DNA of 64,000 nucleotides from Desulfobacterales bacterium (GTDB taxonomy: Bacteria; Desulfobacterota; Desulfobacteria; Desulfobacterales; UBA5852). The position numbers and the translations under genes were made by a program. Where the stretch lies: assembly GCA_963674755.2 (NCBI GenBank), contig CAXXVS010000002.1:192001-256000 (forward strand), in the 5' to 3' direction. A model generated the notes under the pieces. It saw only the letters and a program-made list of their open reading frames with translations. It searched no databases and was not told where the DNA came from. Within the stretch, counting starts at the first letter, position 1, and each line of letters begins with the position of its first letter. Positions 16,224 to 26,052 of the stretch are shown here, in pieces.

Positions 16224-18848
16224 GTGAGACGTTTCCCCTGGTTAGTCTTTCTCCTTTTCTGGCTTGTTGTCTTGCCTTGCCGGGCGCGCAGCGAGATCCG
16301 GGTAATGGTGTTGCCCTTTGAAGTCAACGCTCTCCAGGATTTCAGCTATCTTCAAAGCGAAGTGCCTAAAATTATAGCTAAAAACTTAGCGGCGGAAGGC
16401 GCCCTGATCGTTGAAGCACCGATTCAATCCGTTTTGATGGACCCCGCCCAGATTCGGGAGATCGGTGTCGCGCATGGCGTCGATTACATCATCTGGGGCA
16501 GCCTGACATGGATCGATCAGCAGTTTAGCATCGATGTGCGTTTATTGGCGCCCTTGGAGGAGACGCCGGCCGAGACGTTTACGGCGGTCGGGCAGGGGAT
16601 TGAGACCCTTTCCGGCAAAATCGCCGAGCTGTCCCAGGAAATGAATGCCAAACTCTTCGGTTTGGAAACCGTGATCGCGGTCAAGGTCGAAGGCAACGAA
16701 CGCATCGAGACCGCCGCCATTCTTCCCAAGATCAGCACAAAAGCCGGTGATACATTCGTGCCCAAGGTCATCTCCGAAGACCTCCGAGCCGTCTACCAGC
16801 TGGGGTATTTCGATGACGTGCGTGTACGCACCGTCGATGTCAGCGGCGGCAAAGAGGTCATTTTCCAAGTCAAGGAAAAGCCCACCGTCGCAGGCGTCGG
16901 CTTCAGCGGGAATACGGTTTTCGATGACGATGAAATTCGTGAGAATATCACCCTCAAATCCGGTGCCGTTCTCAACCTGGTACGCGTTCAAACCAATGCC
17001 AACGTGATTGAAGATCTCTACAAGGATAAAAATTACCATAACGCCCAAGTCAAATACGAAATCAAAGCGATCGACAATAATCAGGTCAATGTGGAGTTCG
17101 TCATCACGGAAGGCGAGCAAATCAGTATCGAAAGCATCCAATTCATAGGCAACACGACGTTTGACGCCGATGACCTCAAAAACATCATGCGTACCAAGGA
17201 AAAGGGCTGGCTCTCCTGGTTTACGGGCTCGGGTGAGCTGGATATGGAAAAGCTGAACCAGGATGTCATTTCCATTGCCGCCTTTTACCAGGACAATGGG
17301 TTCATCAACGTCAAGGTTTCCGACCCGGCCGTGGTTTTCAAAGAGGATGAAATCGACATCACGATTAAGATCTCCGAGGGCGATCGCTACCGTCTGGGGC
17401 AAGTGGATATTCAGGGAGATCTGATCAAACCCAAGGAGACCCTGCTCAAACAATTGACGATCACCAAAGAATCCTATTTCAATCGCAGCCTGCTCGAAAA
17501 AGATGTCATTCATCTGACCGATATTTACGGAGATGAGGGCTATGCCTACGCCGGCGTGACGCCACGCACCATGCCGGATCCTAAAACCTTAACGATCGAT
17601 GTGACCTATGCGATCGAAAAACACCAGCTCGTCTATATCGACGAGATTATTATCGGCGGGAATACCACCACCCGTGATAAAGTCATTCGACGCGAGTTGA
17701 ACTTGATCGAACAGGGACTTTACAACGGAAGCGCGCTCCGGCATGGCATCCAGCGGATACAGGCGCTGGGCTTTTTCGAGGATGTCAAAGTCAACACCTT
17801 GCAAGGCGACAATCCGGATGAGATGATCGTCAAAATCGACGTCACCGAAAAACCCACGGGCGAACTGACCTTTGGCGGCGGTTTCGGCAGTGAGGATGGC
17901 CTTTTTGGTGTCATTTCGATCGATGAAAAAAATCTCTGGGGGTTGGGCCATAAAATCAAAGCGGCGGCAACGCTCGGCGGACAATCCACGCGTTTTGACC
18001 TCATTTATACGAATCCCTGGCTGTTCGATATACCCCTGACGGGCTGGATCAATCCTTACAAGTATTACAGGGAATGGGACGACTATGGATATGATCGGGA
18101 TAGTGTCGGACTCCAGACGGGGCTGAGCTATCCCATTTTGCCGCGCACCCGGCTTACGGGTACTTATCTCTTCGACGTGTCCGACATTACGATCACCAGC
18201 TACGAAAAGGCGTCCACCAATATTATCAAGCTGAGGGGGACGAACACCACGAGCAGCATTACCACCAATTTGCGCTATGATTCGCGCGATCGCAGTTTCA
18301 ACACCACCAAAGGATCGACGCATTTCATAGAGGTCGAATATGCCGGGCTGGGGGGCGATTTCGAATATACTAAGTATCGTGCGGAAACTGCCTGGTATTG
18401 GCCCCTCTTCTGGAAGCTGATTGGCATGACCCGCGCCCAGGGCGGGTATATCACGGGGGATAATATTCCTGATTACGAGTTATTCTATGTCGGTGGTATC
18501 AATACCATCCGGGGGGTCAGCATGGATGAAGTCAGTCCCCATGAAATTCCTAACGACCCGAATTCCCCCCTTGTCGGCGGCACGCGTTACGCGGTTTTCA
18601 ATGTCGAGCTGAGTTTTCCTCTCGGCGAGGAAATGGGGCTTTACGGCGTTACTTTTTATGATACCGGCAATACATGGGAAGAGGGGGAATCGGTGGATTT
18701 CGGCAATCTCGTCAGTACGGCCGGCGCCGGTTTGCGGTGGATGTCCCCCTTTGGTGCGTTGCGCCTGGAATACGGATTTGTTATTAATGCGGCCGATACG
18801 CAAGCCTCCGGAGGCAAGCTCGAATTCACCATGGGATCAACTTTCTGA
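16224..18848 (+). CDS. bamA: Outer membrane protein assembly factor BamA with an extra N-terminal domain
   Basis: Signal peptide, POTRA repeats (V.GN.RI, GYFDDV, TRDKVIRRE), barrel with IRG motif, WMSPFG, C-terminal Phe. Confidence 0.95.
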   Translation: MRRFPWLVFLLFWLVVLPCRARSEIRVMVLPFEVNALQDFSYLQSEVPKIIAKNLAAEGALIVEAPIQSVLMDPAQIREIGVAHGVDYIIWGSLTWIDQQFSIDVRLLAPLEETPAETFTAVGQGIETLSGKIAELSQEMNAKLFGLETVIAVKVEGNERIETAAILPKISTKAGDTFVPKVISEDLRAVYQLGYFDDVRVRTVDVSGGKEVIFQVKEKPTVAGVGFSGNTVFDDDEIRENITLKSGAVLNLVRVQTNANVIEDLYKDKNYHNAQVKYEIKAIDNNQVNVEFVITEGEQISIESIQFIGNTTFDADDLKNIMRTKEKGWLSWFTGSGELDMEKLNQDVISIAAFYQDNGFINVKVSDPAVVFKEDEIDITIKISEGDRYRLGQVDIQGDLIKPKETLLKQLTITKESYFNRSLLEKDVIHLTDIYGDEGYAYAGVTPRTMPDPKTLTIDVTYAIEKHQLVYIDEIIIGGNTTTRDKVIRRELNLIEQGLYNGSALRHGIQRIQALGFFEDVKVNTLQGDNPDEMIVKIDVTEKPTGELTFGGGFGSEDGLFGVISIDEKNLWGLGHKIKAAATLGGQSTRFDLIYTNPWLFDIPLTGWINPYKYYREWDDYGYDRDSVGLQTGLSYPILPRTRLTGTYLFDVSDITITSYEKASTNIIKLRGTNTTSSITTNLRYDSRDRSFNTTKGSTHFIEVEYAGLGGDFEYTKYRAETAWYWPLFWKLIGMTRAQGGYITGDNIPDYELFYVGGINTIRGVSMDEVSPHEIPNDPNSPLVGGTRYAVFNVELSFPLGEEMGLYGVTFYDTGNTWEEGESVDFGNLVSTAGAGLRWMSPFGALRLEYGFVINAADTQASGGKLEFTMGSTF

Positions 18849-18949
18849 CCCGAGGCCGGGCGGCTGAACGGCCGGGCTTACGATGGCACCGATGCAAGCC
18901 CATACACCACGCTGTCAATGATCGTAACAAGAGGAAAAGAGAGGCACTA

Positions 18950-19483
18950 ATGCAATTGAACAAACCGGTTCATATCGTTTTGATGATGCTCGTCCTAGGA
19001 ATAGCATTCAACGTACAGGCCGCCGAGTTGAAAATCGGGCTGGTCGATTTCCAACTCGTGGTCGAAAAATCGAAACCAGGGCAGCGCGTGGAAGCCGATC
19101 TGAAAAAAGAGGGCGCACGCATGGAGGCGGAACTCAAGAAGGACAAAGAAGAACTCCAAGCCCTGAAGGACAAGATGGAACGGGAAGCCATGGTGATGAG
19201 CCGTGAAGCCCGTGAAGAAAAAGAAATTGAATTCCGCGTCAAGGCCAGGAATCTGCAAGAAAAAGACCAGCGCTACCGGCAGGAGTTCGTTGGCAAGCAG
19301 CGCCAGGAAATCGACAACCTGCGCAAAGTCGTTCTTGAAATCGCTCAGGAAATTGGTAAAAAAGAAGGCTTTACCATGATTGTCAGCAAAGTCGGCGTGC
19401 TCTATAACGATCCGTCGATCGATTTGACGGACAAAGTAGTTCAATTATTGAACAAACGTTTGGCCGGTAAAGGCGCCCAATAG
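18950..19483 (+). CDS. skp: Periplasmic chaperone Skp/OmpH
   Basis: Signal peptide, KIGLVD, long coiled coil, DLTDKV; bamA-skp-lpxD synteny. Confidence 0.92.
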   Translation: MQLNKPVHIVLMMLVLGIAFNVQAAELKIGLVDFQLVVEKSKPGQRVEADLKKEGARMEAELKKDKEELQALKDKMEREAMVMSREAREEKEIEFRVKARNLQEKDQRYRQEFVGKQRQEIDNLRKVVLEIAQEIGKKEGFTMIVSKVGVLYNDPSIDLTDKVVQLLNKRLAGKGAQ

Positions 19484-19574
19484 ATATTGCCCATCGATGT
19501 GTTAGCAAAATGCTATCCCGCGGCAGGCCTGCCGCGGCAATATCGATGAGCGGTATCCCGGGAGACGATTCGCA

Positions 19575-20603
19575 ATGGAAAAAACACTGGGCGAATTGGC
19601 GGACTATGTCGGGGGGCGTGTCTGCGGCAACCGCGACCAGTTGATCACCGCCGTGACACCTTTTGAAGAAGCTGACCGGCAAGCCATCACGCTGGCGCGG
19701 ACGGCCAAATACCTGGACCGCATCGATCGCATCCAGGCGGGAGCGATCATTGTCCCGGAAGGGTTTACCAAAGGCGATCTCAACCTGTTGCAAGCGCCGA
19801 ATCCTTACGCCGCCTTCGCGCGTATTCTGGCCCTCTTTCATCCCGCCGAAGCGCTGCCCGACGGCATCCACCCGTCGGTCATTGTGGGTGCGCACAGCGC
19901 ATGCGGGCCAGACGCCGCCATCGGTCCGATGACCGTTATCGGCGAGAATGTTCGGATCGGACGGCGGGCTTGCATTTATCCCGGTGTCGTCATCGGGAAC
20001 GGTGTCACCATTGGTGATGATGTGCGGCTCTATCCCAATGTGGCGATCCTGGCCAACTGTCGTCTGGGAGACCGTGTGACGATTCAGGCCGGATCGGTTA
20101 TCGGCAGCGATGGATTTGGCTTCGCACCGGATGGCGAAGTGTACCGCAAAATTCCCCATACCGGTATCGTCCAGATTGACGATGACGTTGAAATCGGGGC
20201 CGGCAACACGATCGATCGCGGCACTTTCGGTAAGACACACATCAAAAGCGGGGTCAAGACCGATAATCTCGTCCATGTGGCCCACAACGTGACGGTTGGC
20301 GAGAACACGATTTTGGTCGCCCAGGTCGGCATTTCCGGCAGCACGACGATCGGCCGCCATGTTGTACTGGCCGGTCAGGTGGGGGTTGCCGGCCATATCC
20401 ATATCGGTGATCACGTGATGGTCGGTGCGCAATCCGGCATCGCCAACGACGTGCCGGCCGGGGAGATCCTTTCCGGGTCGGCGGCCATGCCGCACAAGAC
20501 ATGGCTCAAAGTGCAGCGCATTTTGCCCCGTCTGCCGGGATTAAAGAAGCAGGTGTCGGACTTGGAGAAGCGGCTTCGCCGACTGGAAGAAGGCGGACCG
20601 TAA
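19575..20603 (+). CDS. lpxD: UDP-3-O-acylglucosamine N-acyltransferase
   Basis: Hexapeptide repeats, IGSDGFGF, TIDRG, DNLVHVAHNV. Confidence 0.96.
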   Translation: MEKTLGELADYVGGRVCGNRDQLITAVTPFEEADRQAITLARTAKYLDRIDRIQAGAIIVPEGFTKGDLNLLQAPNPYAAFARILALFHPAEALPDGIHPSVIVGAHSACGPDAAIGPMTVIGENVRIGRRACIYPGVVIGNGVTIGDDVRLYPNVAILANCRLGDRVTIQAGSVIGSDGFGFAPDGEVYRKIPHTGIVQIDDDVEIGAGNTIDRGTFGKTHIKSGVKTDNLVHVAHNVTVGENTILVAQVGISGSTTIGRHVVLAGQVGVAGHIHIGDHVMVGAQSGIANDVPAGEILSGSAAMPHKTWLKVQRILPRLPGLKKQVSDLEKRLRRLEEGGP

Positions 20604-20697
20604 TCTTCTCCATGGAGAGACCCATCAATGCGCCGGGGTCGTTGGTCCGACGGGGATCATTCGAGATGACAAGGAGTGGCGTGGGGGGAACAAACCT

Positions 20698-21144
20698 ATG
20701 GATGTCGTCTACCAAATCAAAGAGATCATGAAACATCTGCCCCACCGCTATCCCTTTGTCATGGTGGACCGGGTCGTATGTTTGGAGCCCGGAGAGCGCA
20801 TCGTGACGCTTAAAAACGTTACGATCAATGAGCCCTTTTTCCAAGGCCATTTCCCGGGGAATCCCATTATGCCTGGCGTCTTGATTCTTGAGGCCATGGC
20901 GCAGTCCGCCGGTGTCCTGACGTTCGAATCCCTACCGCCTGAAAAGCGCAATATTCTTGTTTATTTCATGGGGATCGACCATGCGCGGTTTCGTAGAATG
21001 GTTGTGCCGGGCGATCAATTGATCATGGAAATACAACTCAAAAAGTTGAAGACGAAAGCTGTCAAAGCCACGGGTCAAGCCCGCGTGGACGGCAATTTAG
21101 TCGCCGAGGCGGAATTGATGGCATCGATTGGAGAGAAAGAATGA
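20698..21144 (+). CDS. fabZ: 3-hydroxyacyl-ACP dehydratase
   Basis: LPHRYPF.MVD, NEPFFQGHFP..PIMPGVLILEAMAQ. Confidence 0.97.
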   Translation: MDVVYQIKEIMKHLPHRYPFVMVDRVVCLEPGERIVTLKNVTINEPFFQGHFPGNPIMPGVLILEAMAQSAGVLTFESLPPEKRNILVYFMGIDHARFRRMVVPGDQLIMEIQLKKLKTKAVKATGQARVDGNLVAEAELMASIGEKE

Positions 21145-21911
21145 TTCATCCCACGGCGCTTGTGAGCCCCAAGGCCGAAATCGGAAAGGAGGTCGAAATC
21201 GGCCCTTATACGATCATCGGCGATCAGGTGATCATCCGATCCGGCACGGTGATCGGGTCCCATGTCACGATAGACCCTTTCGTGGAAATCGGACCGGAAT
21301 GCCATATTTTCCAGTTCGCCTCGATTGGGGCCCTGCCCCAGGCAATTAAGTTTCAGGGCGAGGAGACCCATGTCAAAATAGGCCGTAAAACGATTATTCG
21401 CGAGTTCACCACCATCAATCGGGGAACCGGTTTCGGCGGCGGCATCACCGAAGTCGGTGAAGAAAATCTGCTGATGGCCTATACCCACGTGGCCCACGAT
21501 TGCAAGACCGGACGAGGGGTTATCTTGGCCAACAACGCCACCCTGGCGGGACATATTACCATTGAAGACTATGTCACCATCGGTGGATTGACGGCGCTGC
21601 ATCAATTCGTTCGTGTCGGCAAACATGCCTATATCGGCGGCAAATCCGCCGTGGTCAAGGATGTCCCGCCCTATGTGATTGCGGCCGGCGACCGCGCCAA
21701 GCTGCATGGCCTGAACCGTGTGGGGTTGAAACGCTCGGGTTTTTCAGATGACGCCTTGGCGGCTTTGAAAAAGACCTATCGACTCATCTTTCGCATCGGC
21801 CTGACCCTCAATGAAGCCATTGCGCGGGTGCGTGCAGAGGTCGATCAGACGCCAGAAGTCGACTATTTCCTGTCCTTTATCCAAGCCTCTGAGCGGGGAA
21901 TGACGAGGTAA
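21141..21911 (+). CDS. lpxA: UDP-GlcNAc (or GlcNAc3N) acyltransferase
   Basis: IHPTA, IREF.TINRGT, HVAHDC, LAGH, HQF, DVPPY, GLNRVGLKR. Confidence 0.96.
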   Translation: MIHPTALVSPKAEIGKEVEIGPYTIIGDQVIIRSGTVIGSHVTIDPFVEIGPECHIFQFASIGALPQAIKFQGEETHVKIGRKTIIREFTTINRGTGFGGGITEVGEENLLMAYTHVAHDCKTGRGVILANNATLAGHITIEDYVTIGGLTALHQFVRVGKHAYIGGKSAVVKDVPPYVIAAGDRAKLHGLNRVGLKRSGFSDDALAALKKTYRLIFRIGLTLNEAIARVRAEVDQTPEVDYFLSFIQASERGMTR

Positions 21912-22034
21912 ATTCGCAGCAGTGCCCCCATCTCGCAGCTGACAGGTATCACAACTTGCCGGAACGCATAATAAATCGGGAGGGCCGCATCGGACAAACA
22001 AGGGTATCTCTGCGACCGCGAAAGAACACAGTCT

Positions 22035-23012
22035 ATGCCAGCAAATGATTGCTTGAAGACCATCCGCGTCGGGGTCATTGGTGCCGGATATCTGGGCCGC
22101 TATCATGCTGAAAAATATCATGGCATGGAAGCTGCGGACCTCGTCGGTATTGTCGACATTGATGCCGACCGGGCAAAGAATATTGCAGCCCGATGCCAGA
22201 CGACGGCTTTTACCGATTTCAGAGATCTGATCGGCAAGGTTGATGCTGTCAGCATCGTGACGCCGACCCCCCTCCATTTTGAAATCGGAAAAACAATGCT
22301 GGAGGCTGGGATTCATGTCTTGATCGAAAAGCCGATAACCACCGTGCTGGAAGAAGCGCATGCCCTTATCAATATAGCCGAAGCCAGGGGGCTGGTCTTG
22401 CAGGTGGGCCACTTGGAGCGATTCAATCCGGCCGTGATAGCCGTTCAGGATATTGTCAAGAAGCCCATGTTTATCGAATCCCACCGCCTGAGCATCTACC
22501 AGGGGCGTTCCACGGATGTCAGTGTCGTGCTGGACTTGATGATTCATGACATCGATATCATTCTTCATTTCGTAGGATCTGACATTGAGAGCATACACGC
22601 CTCCGGAGCCGCGGTGGTATCGGAGCATTGCGATATCGCCAACGCCCGAATCGCTTTCCAAACGGGGTGTGTGGCCAATATCACCGCAAGCCGGATATCC
22701 ACCAAAAGCCAGCGCAAAATCCGTTTGTTTCAGAAAAGCGCTTACATCGCTGTGGATTTCGCCAAACGTGAAATCATGCACATTCAACAAACCAACGTGC
22801 CGAATGATGCCTTGATTCCGGGCATGGAAGTCCATCAGTCATGCTTTCCGGAAGGGGACGCCCTGGAAAGCGAATTGCGTTCCTACGTATCGGCGGTAGC
22901 CGCTTGTCGTCAACCGGTGGTGACGGGGCGCATGGGGTATCAGGCCCTTGACGTGGCCCTCAATGTAATGGCTCAGATCGATGAAGCCACCCGCCGTTTT
23001 AGTGAGCAGTAG
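22035..23012 (+). CDS. gnnA: Gfo/Idh/MocA oxidoreductase, probable UDP-GlcNAc 3-dehydrogenase
   Basis: GAGYLG, EKP, VGHLERFNP, DLMIHDID; located between lpxA and lpxB as gnnA is in Acidithiobacillus. Confidence 0.75.
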   Translation: MPANDCLKTIRVGVIGAGYLGRYHAEKYHGMEAADLVGIVDIDADRAKNIAARCQTTAFTDFRDLIGKVDAVSIVTPTPLHFEIGKTMLEAGIHVLIEKPITTVLEEAHALINIAEARGLVLQVGHLERFNPAVIAVQDIVKKPMFIESHRLSIYQGRSTDVSVVLDLMIHDIDIILHFVGSDIESIHASGAAVVSEHCDIANARIAFQTGCVANITASRISTKSQRKIRLFQKSAYIAVDFAKREIMHIQQTNVPNDALIPGMEVHQSCFPEGDALESELRSYVSAVAACRQPVVTGRMGYQALDVALNVMAQIDEATRRFSEQ

Positions 23013-23013
23013 G

Positions 23014-24189
23014 ATGCAAGCACCTCCCAAAGTGATGATTGTTGCGGGGGAGGCTTCGGGTGACATGCACGGGGCCAAATTGGCGGAAGCATTAGTCGCG
23101 CGGAATCGCGGAGTGGATCTTTTCGGGATCGGCGGCCACCGGATGCGTTCGGCCGGTGTGCGCATTGACGTCGATGCCCATCGCCTGGCGGTCGTGGGCA
23201 TTACTGAAGTCATCACCAAACTGCCCCGGATTCTCGATGGAATGCGGACGGCTAAACGACTGATCACCGAACGCAGGCCGGATCTTCTCATCCTGATCGA
23301 TTTTCCTGATTTCAATCTCCATTTGGCGGGTTTTGCTCAAAAACACGGTGTTCCGGTATTATATTACATCAGTCCCCAAATTTGGGCGTGGCGACAGGGA
23401 CGCGTCCGCAAGATTCGGCGAATTGTCGATCATATGGCTGTCATTCTGCCTTTCGAAGAAGCCTTCTACCGGCGCCACGGAGTGCCGGTGACCTTCGTGG
23501 GGCATCCGCTAATGGATCAATACCATGAGCTGAACCGACGCCCTTCGCACTCCGACAGCAACGGCGCCCCCGCCATCGGGCTGATGCCGGGGTCACGGGA
23601 CAGTGAAGTGCGGAAACTGTTGCCGTTGATGCTTGCCGCCGCCCGCCTGATCGAACGGCAAAAGCGCATGCGGTTTCTCCTGTCCCAAGCGCCGAGCGTT
23701 ACGCCAAACCTTTTGCAGCGTCTGATGGATGACGCCGATGTCGATGTGACCCTCTTCAAAGGGAATACCGAACGCCTGCTTGAACAAGTGCACCTTGTAA
23801 TCGTCGCTTCCGGCACAAGCACTCTCGAAGCGGCCCTCCATGAAACGCCCATGATCATCATCTACAAGGTGTCGCCGCTGAGCTACCAGCTGGGTAAGGC
23901 GCTTATTCGAGTGCCGCACATTGGTCTGGTGAATCTCATCGCCGGTAAACGGGTTGTACCGGAACTTATACAGCAGGAGGCTTCGCCGGAGGCGATTGCC
24001 GGTCAGGCGCTCACTCTTTTGGACGACTCCGTTCGCCAGAAGGCGATGAAAACCGAGCTTGCCGAAGCGGCCCGTCACCTGGGTACCGCCGGTGCCTCGG
24101 ATAAGGTGGCCGGCATCGCCTACGATCTGCTTGCGCGGTCGTTCGGCCGACCTCGTATTTCGCGTATAAAGGATTCACATGAAGGTTAA
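23014..24189 (+). CDS. lpxB: Lipid A disaccharide synthase
   Basis: AGEASGD, IDFPDFN, SPQIWAWR, LPFE, FVGHPL, PGSR, SGT.TLE. Confidence 0.96.
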   Translation: MQAPPKVMIVAGEASGDMHGAKLAEALVARNRGVDLFGIGGHRMRSAGVRIDVDAHRLAVVGITEVITKLPRILDGMRTAKRLITERRPDLLILIDFPDFNLHLAGFAQKHGVPVLYYISPQIWAWRQGRVRKIRRIVDHMAVILPFEEAFYRRHGVPVTFVGHPLMDQYHELNRRPSHSDSNGAPAIGLMPGSRDSEVRKLLPLMLAAARLIERQKRMRFLLSQAPSVTPNLLQRLMDDADVDVTLFKGNTERLLEQVHLVIVASGTSTLEAALHETPMIIIYKVSPLSYQLGKALIRVPHIGLVNLIAGKRVVPELIQQEASPEAIAGQALTLLDDSVRQKAMKTELAEAARHLGTAGASDKVAGIAYDLLARSFGRPRISRIKDSHEG

Positions 24190-25945
24190 ATTGAAATTCG
24201 AACTCAGGCCGCGGCATCATAGCCTGTTGACGATGATCAAACCCCACTGGCCAGTCCTCTCGCTGGCGGGTGTCTGCATGCTGATCATGGCGGGCGGAGA
24301 GGCCGCCACCGCCTGGTTGATGAAGCCCGCTGTGGATGACGTCATTATCAACCGCGATCAACAAATGTTGATCCTGATTCCCATCGTCATCCTGATCGTC
24401 TACCTTGTTAAGGGAACGGCCATGTACTTCCAGGGCTTTCTCATGAACCGGGTGGGGCGCATGATCATCCGCGAGTTCCGGGACAAGCTCTATGACCATA
24501 TCCATGATCTGCCGCTGTCCTTTTTCCACAGCGAAAAAACAGGAACCCTCATGTCCCGCATCATCTATGATGTCATGATTGTCAAAACAATGGTTTCGAC
24601 GGCGATTACGGGATCATTGCGAGACGCCTGTTCAGTTGTGGCTTTGACAGTGACGACTTTTATGCTGGACTGGAAGATGGCCTGCTTTACTTTTTTGGTT
24701 TTGCCAGCGGCCTTCTATCCCATCCATGCCTTCGGCCGGCGCATACGTAAAATCAGCACTCGCGGACAGGTGGCCATGGCCGATCTGAGTACTTTTCTAC
24801 ACGAAACTTTCGCGGGCGCCAAAATCATCAAAGCTTTCTGTATGGAGAATCACGAAAAAAAGCGCTTTTTTAAAAAGACGGCCAAATTGTTCGATATCGA
24901 GATGAAGGAAGTGAAAGTCGATGAGTTGTCTTCACCGGTCATGGAGCTTATCGGGGGGATTGGCATTGCCGTGGGTATTTACTATGGAGGGTACCGGATT
25001 TTTCATGATACATTATCTCCCGGAACCTTTTTTGCCTTTATTTCGGCTACGGTGATGCTCTACCAGCCGGTGCGCAAACTCAGTAAACTGAACATCAATA
25101 TCCAGCGCGGACTGGCGGCTACGGACCGGATCTACGATATCCTGGAACGTAAGTCCGAAATCGCTGAAAGCGACCATCCGGTGGAACTCCCGCCAGGCCC
25201 GCATCGGGTGGTGTTTGATCAAGTCTGTTTCCGCTATGATCAAGAGAACCCCGGCGCCGATCTGATTCTGGACAATGTCAGCTTCAGCGCCAGTCCTGGA
25301 GAGGTCGTAGCCCTGGTAGGCATGAGCGGCGGCGGTAAAACGACGCTGATCAACCTGTTGCCGCGGTTCTATGACACCACCAGTGGTGCGATCCGCATTG
25401 ACGGCATCAATATCAAGGATGCATCCATCGCCTCCCTCAGACGCCACATTGCCATTGTCACCCAGGAGCCGATTCTTTTCAACGAATCGGTTCACGACAA
25501 TATCGCCTACGGCAATCCGGAGGCTTCCGAAGAGGCGATCGAGCAGGCCGCCCGGGACGCCTTCGCCCATGATTTCATTAAGAACTTCCCCAACGGCTAC
25601 AGGACACCCATCGGAGAGTTGGGCAGTCGCTTGTCCGGCGGGGAGAAACAGCGGATCTGCATTGCTCGCGCCATGCTGAAAGACGCACCCATCCTCATTC
25701 TGGACGAGGCTACTTCAGCGCTGGATTCGGAAGCGGAGATCGTCGTCCAGAAAGCTCTTGAGAACCTGATGAAAGGGCGCACAACATTTGTCATTGCGCA
25801 TCGGTTATCGACCATTACCCATGCGGACCGCATCCTCGTGCTGGTCAATGGGCGCATCGTCGAAGAGGGTACCCATACCGATTTGGTGACGTGTGGGGGG
25901 GCCTATTGCAAGCTCTATCAGATGCAGTTCGGTCAAAAGAATTGA
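24179..25945 (+). CDS. msbA: Lipid A export ABC transporter
   Basis: TM domain plus GMSGGGKT, LSGGEKQR, LDEATSALD; lpxB-msbA-lpxK context. Confidence 0.9.
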   Translation: MKVKLKFELRPRHHSLLTMIKPHWPVLSLAGVCMLIMAGGEAATAWLMKPAVDDVIINRDQQMLILIPIVILIVYLVKGTAMYFQGFLMNRVGRMIIREFRDKLYDHIHDLPLSFFHSEKTGTLMSRIIYDVMIVKTMVSTAITGSLRDACSVVALTVTTFMLDWKMACFTFLVLPAAFYPIHAFGRRIRKISTRGQVAMADLSTFLHETFAGAKIIKAFCMENHEKKRFFKKTAKLFDIEMKEVKVDELSSPVMELIGGIGIAVGIYYGGYRIFHDTLSPGTFFAFISATVMLYQPVRKLSKLNINIQRGLAATDRIYDILERKSEIAESDHPVELPPGPHRVVFDQVCFRYDQENPGADLILDNVSFSASPGEVVALVGMSGGGKTTLINLLPRFYDTTSGAIRIDGINIKDASIASLRRHIAIVTQEPILFNESVHDNIAYGNPEASEEAIEQAARDAFAHDFIKNFPNGYRTPIGELGSRLSGGEKQRICIARAMLKDAPILILDEATSALDSEAEIVVQKALENLMKGRTTFVIAHRLSTITHADRILVLVNGRIVEEGTHTDLVTCGGAYCKLYQMQFGQKN

Positions 25946-26052
25946 GACTTGATGGCGGGGCAAAGCAAATTACCGAACGAGATGCCAATTTGGGCCGCGA
26001 CCGATGCAATACCAATAGACCATAGGGTCACCTGGTCTGTTCCCATATTCTG

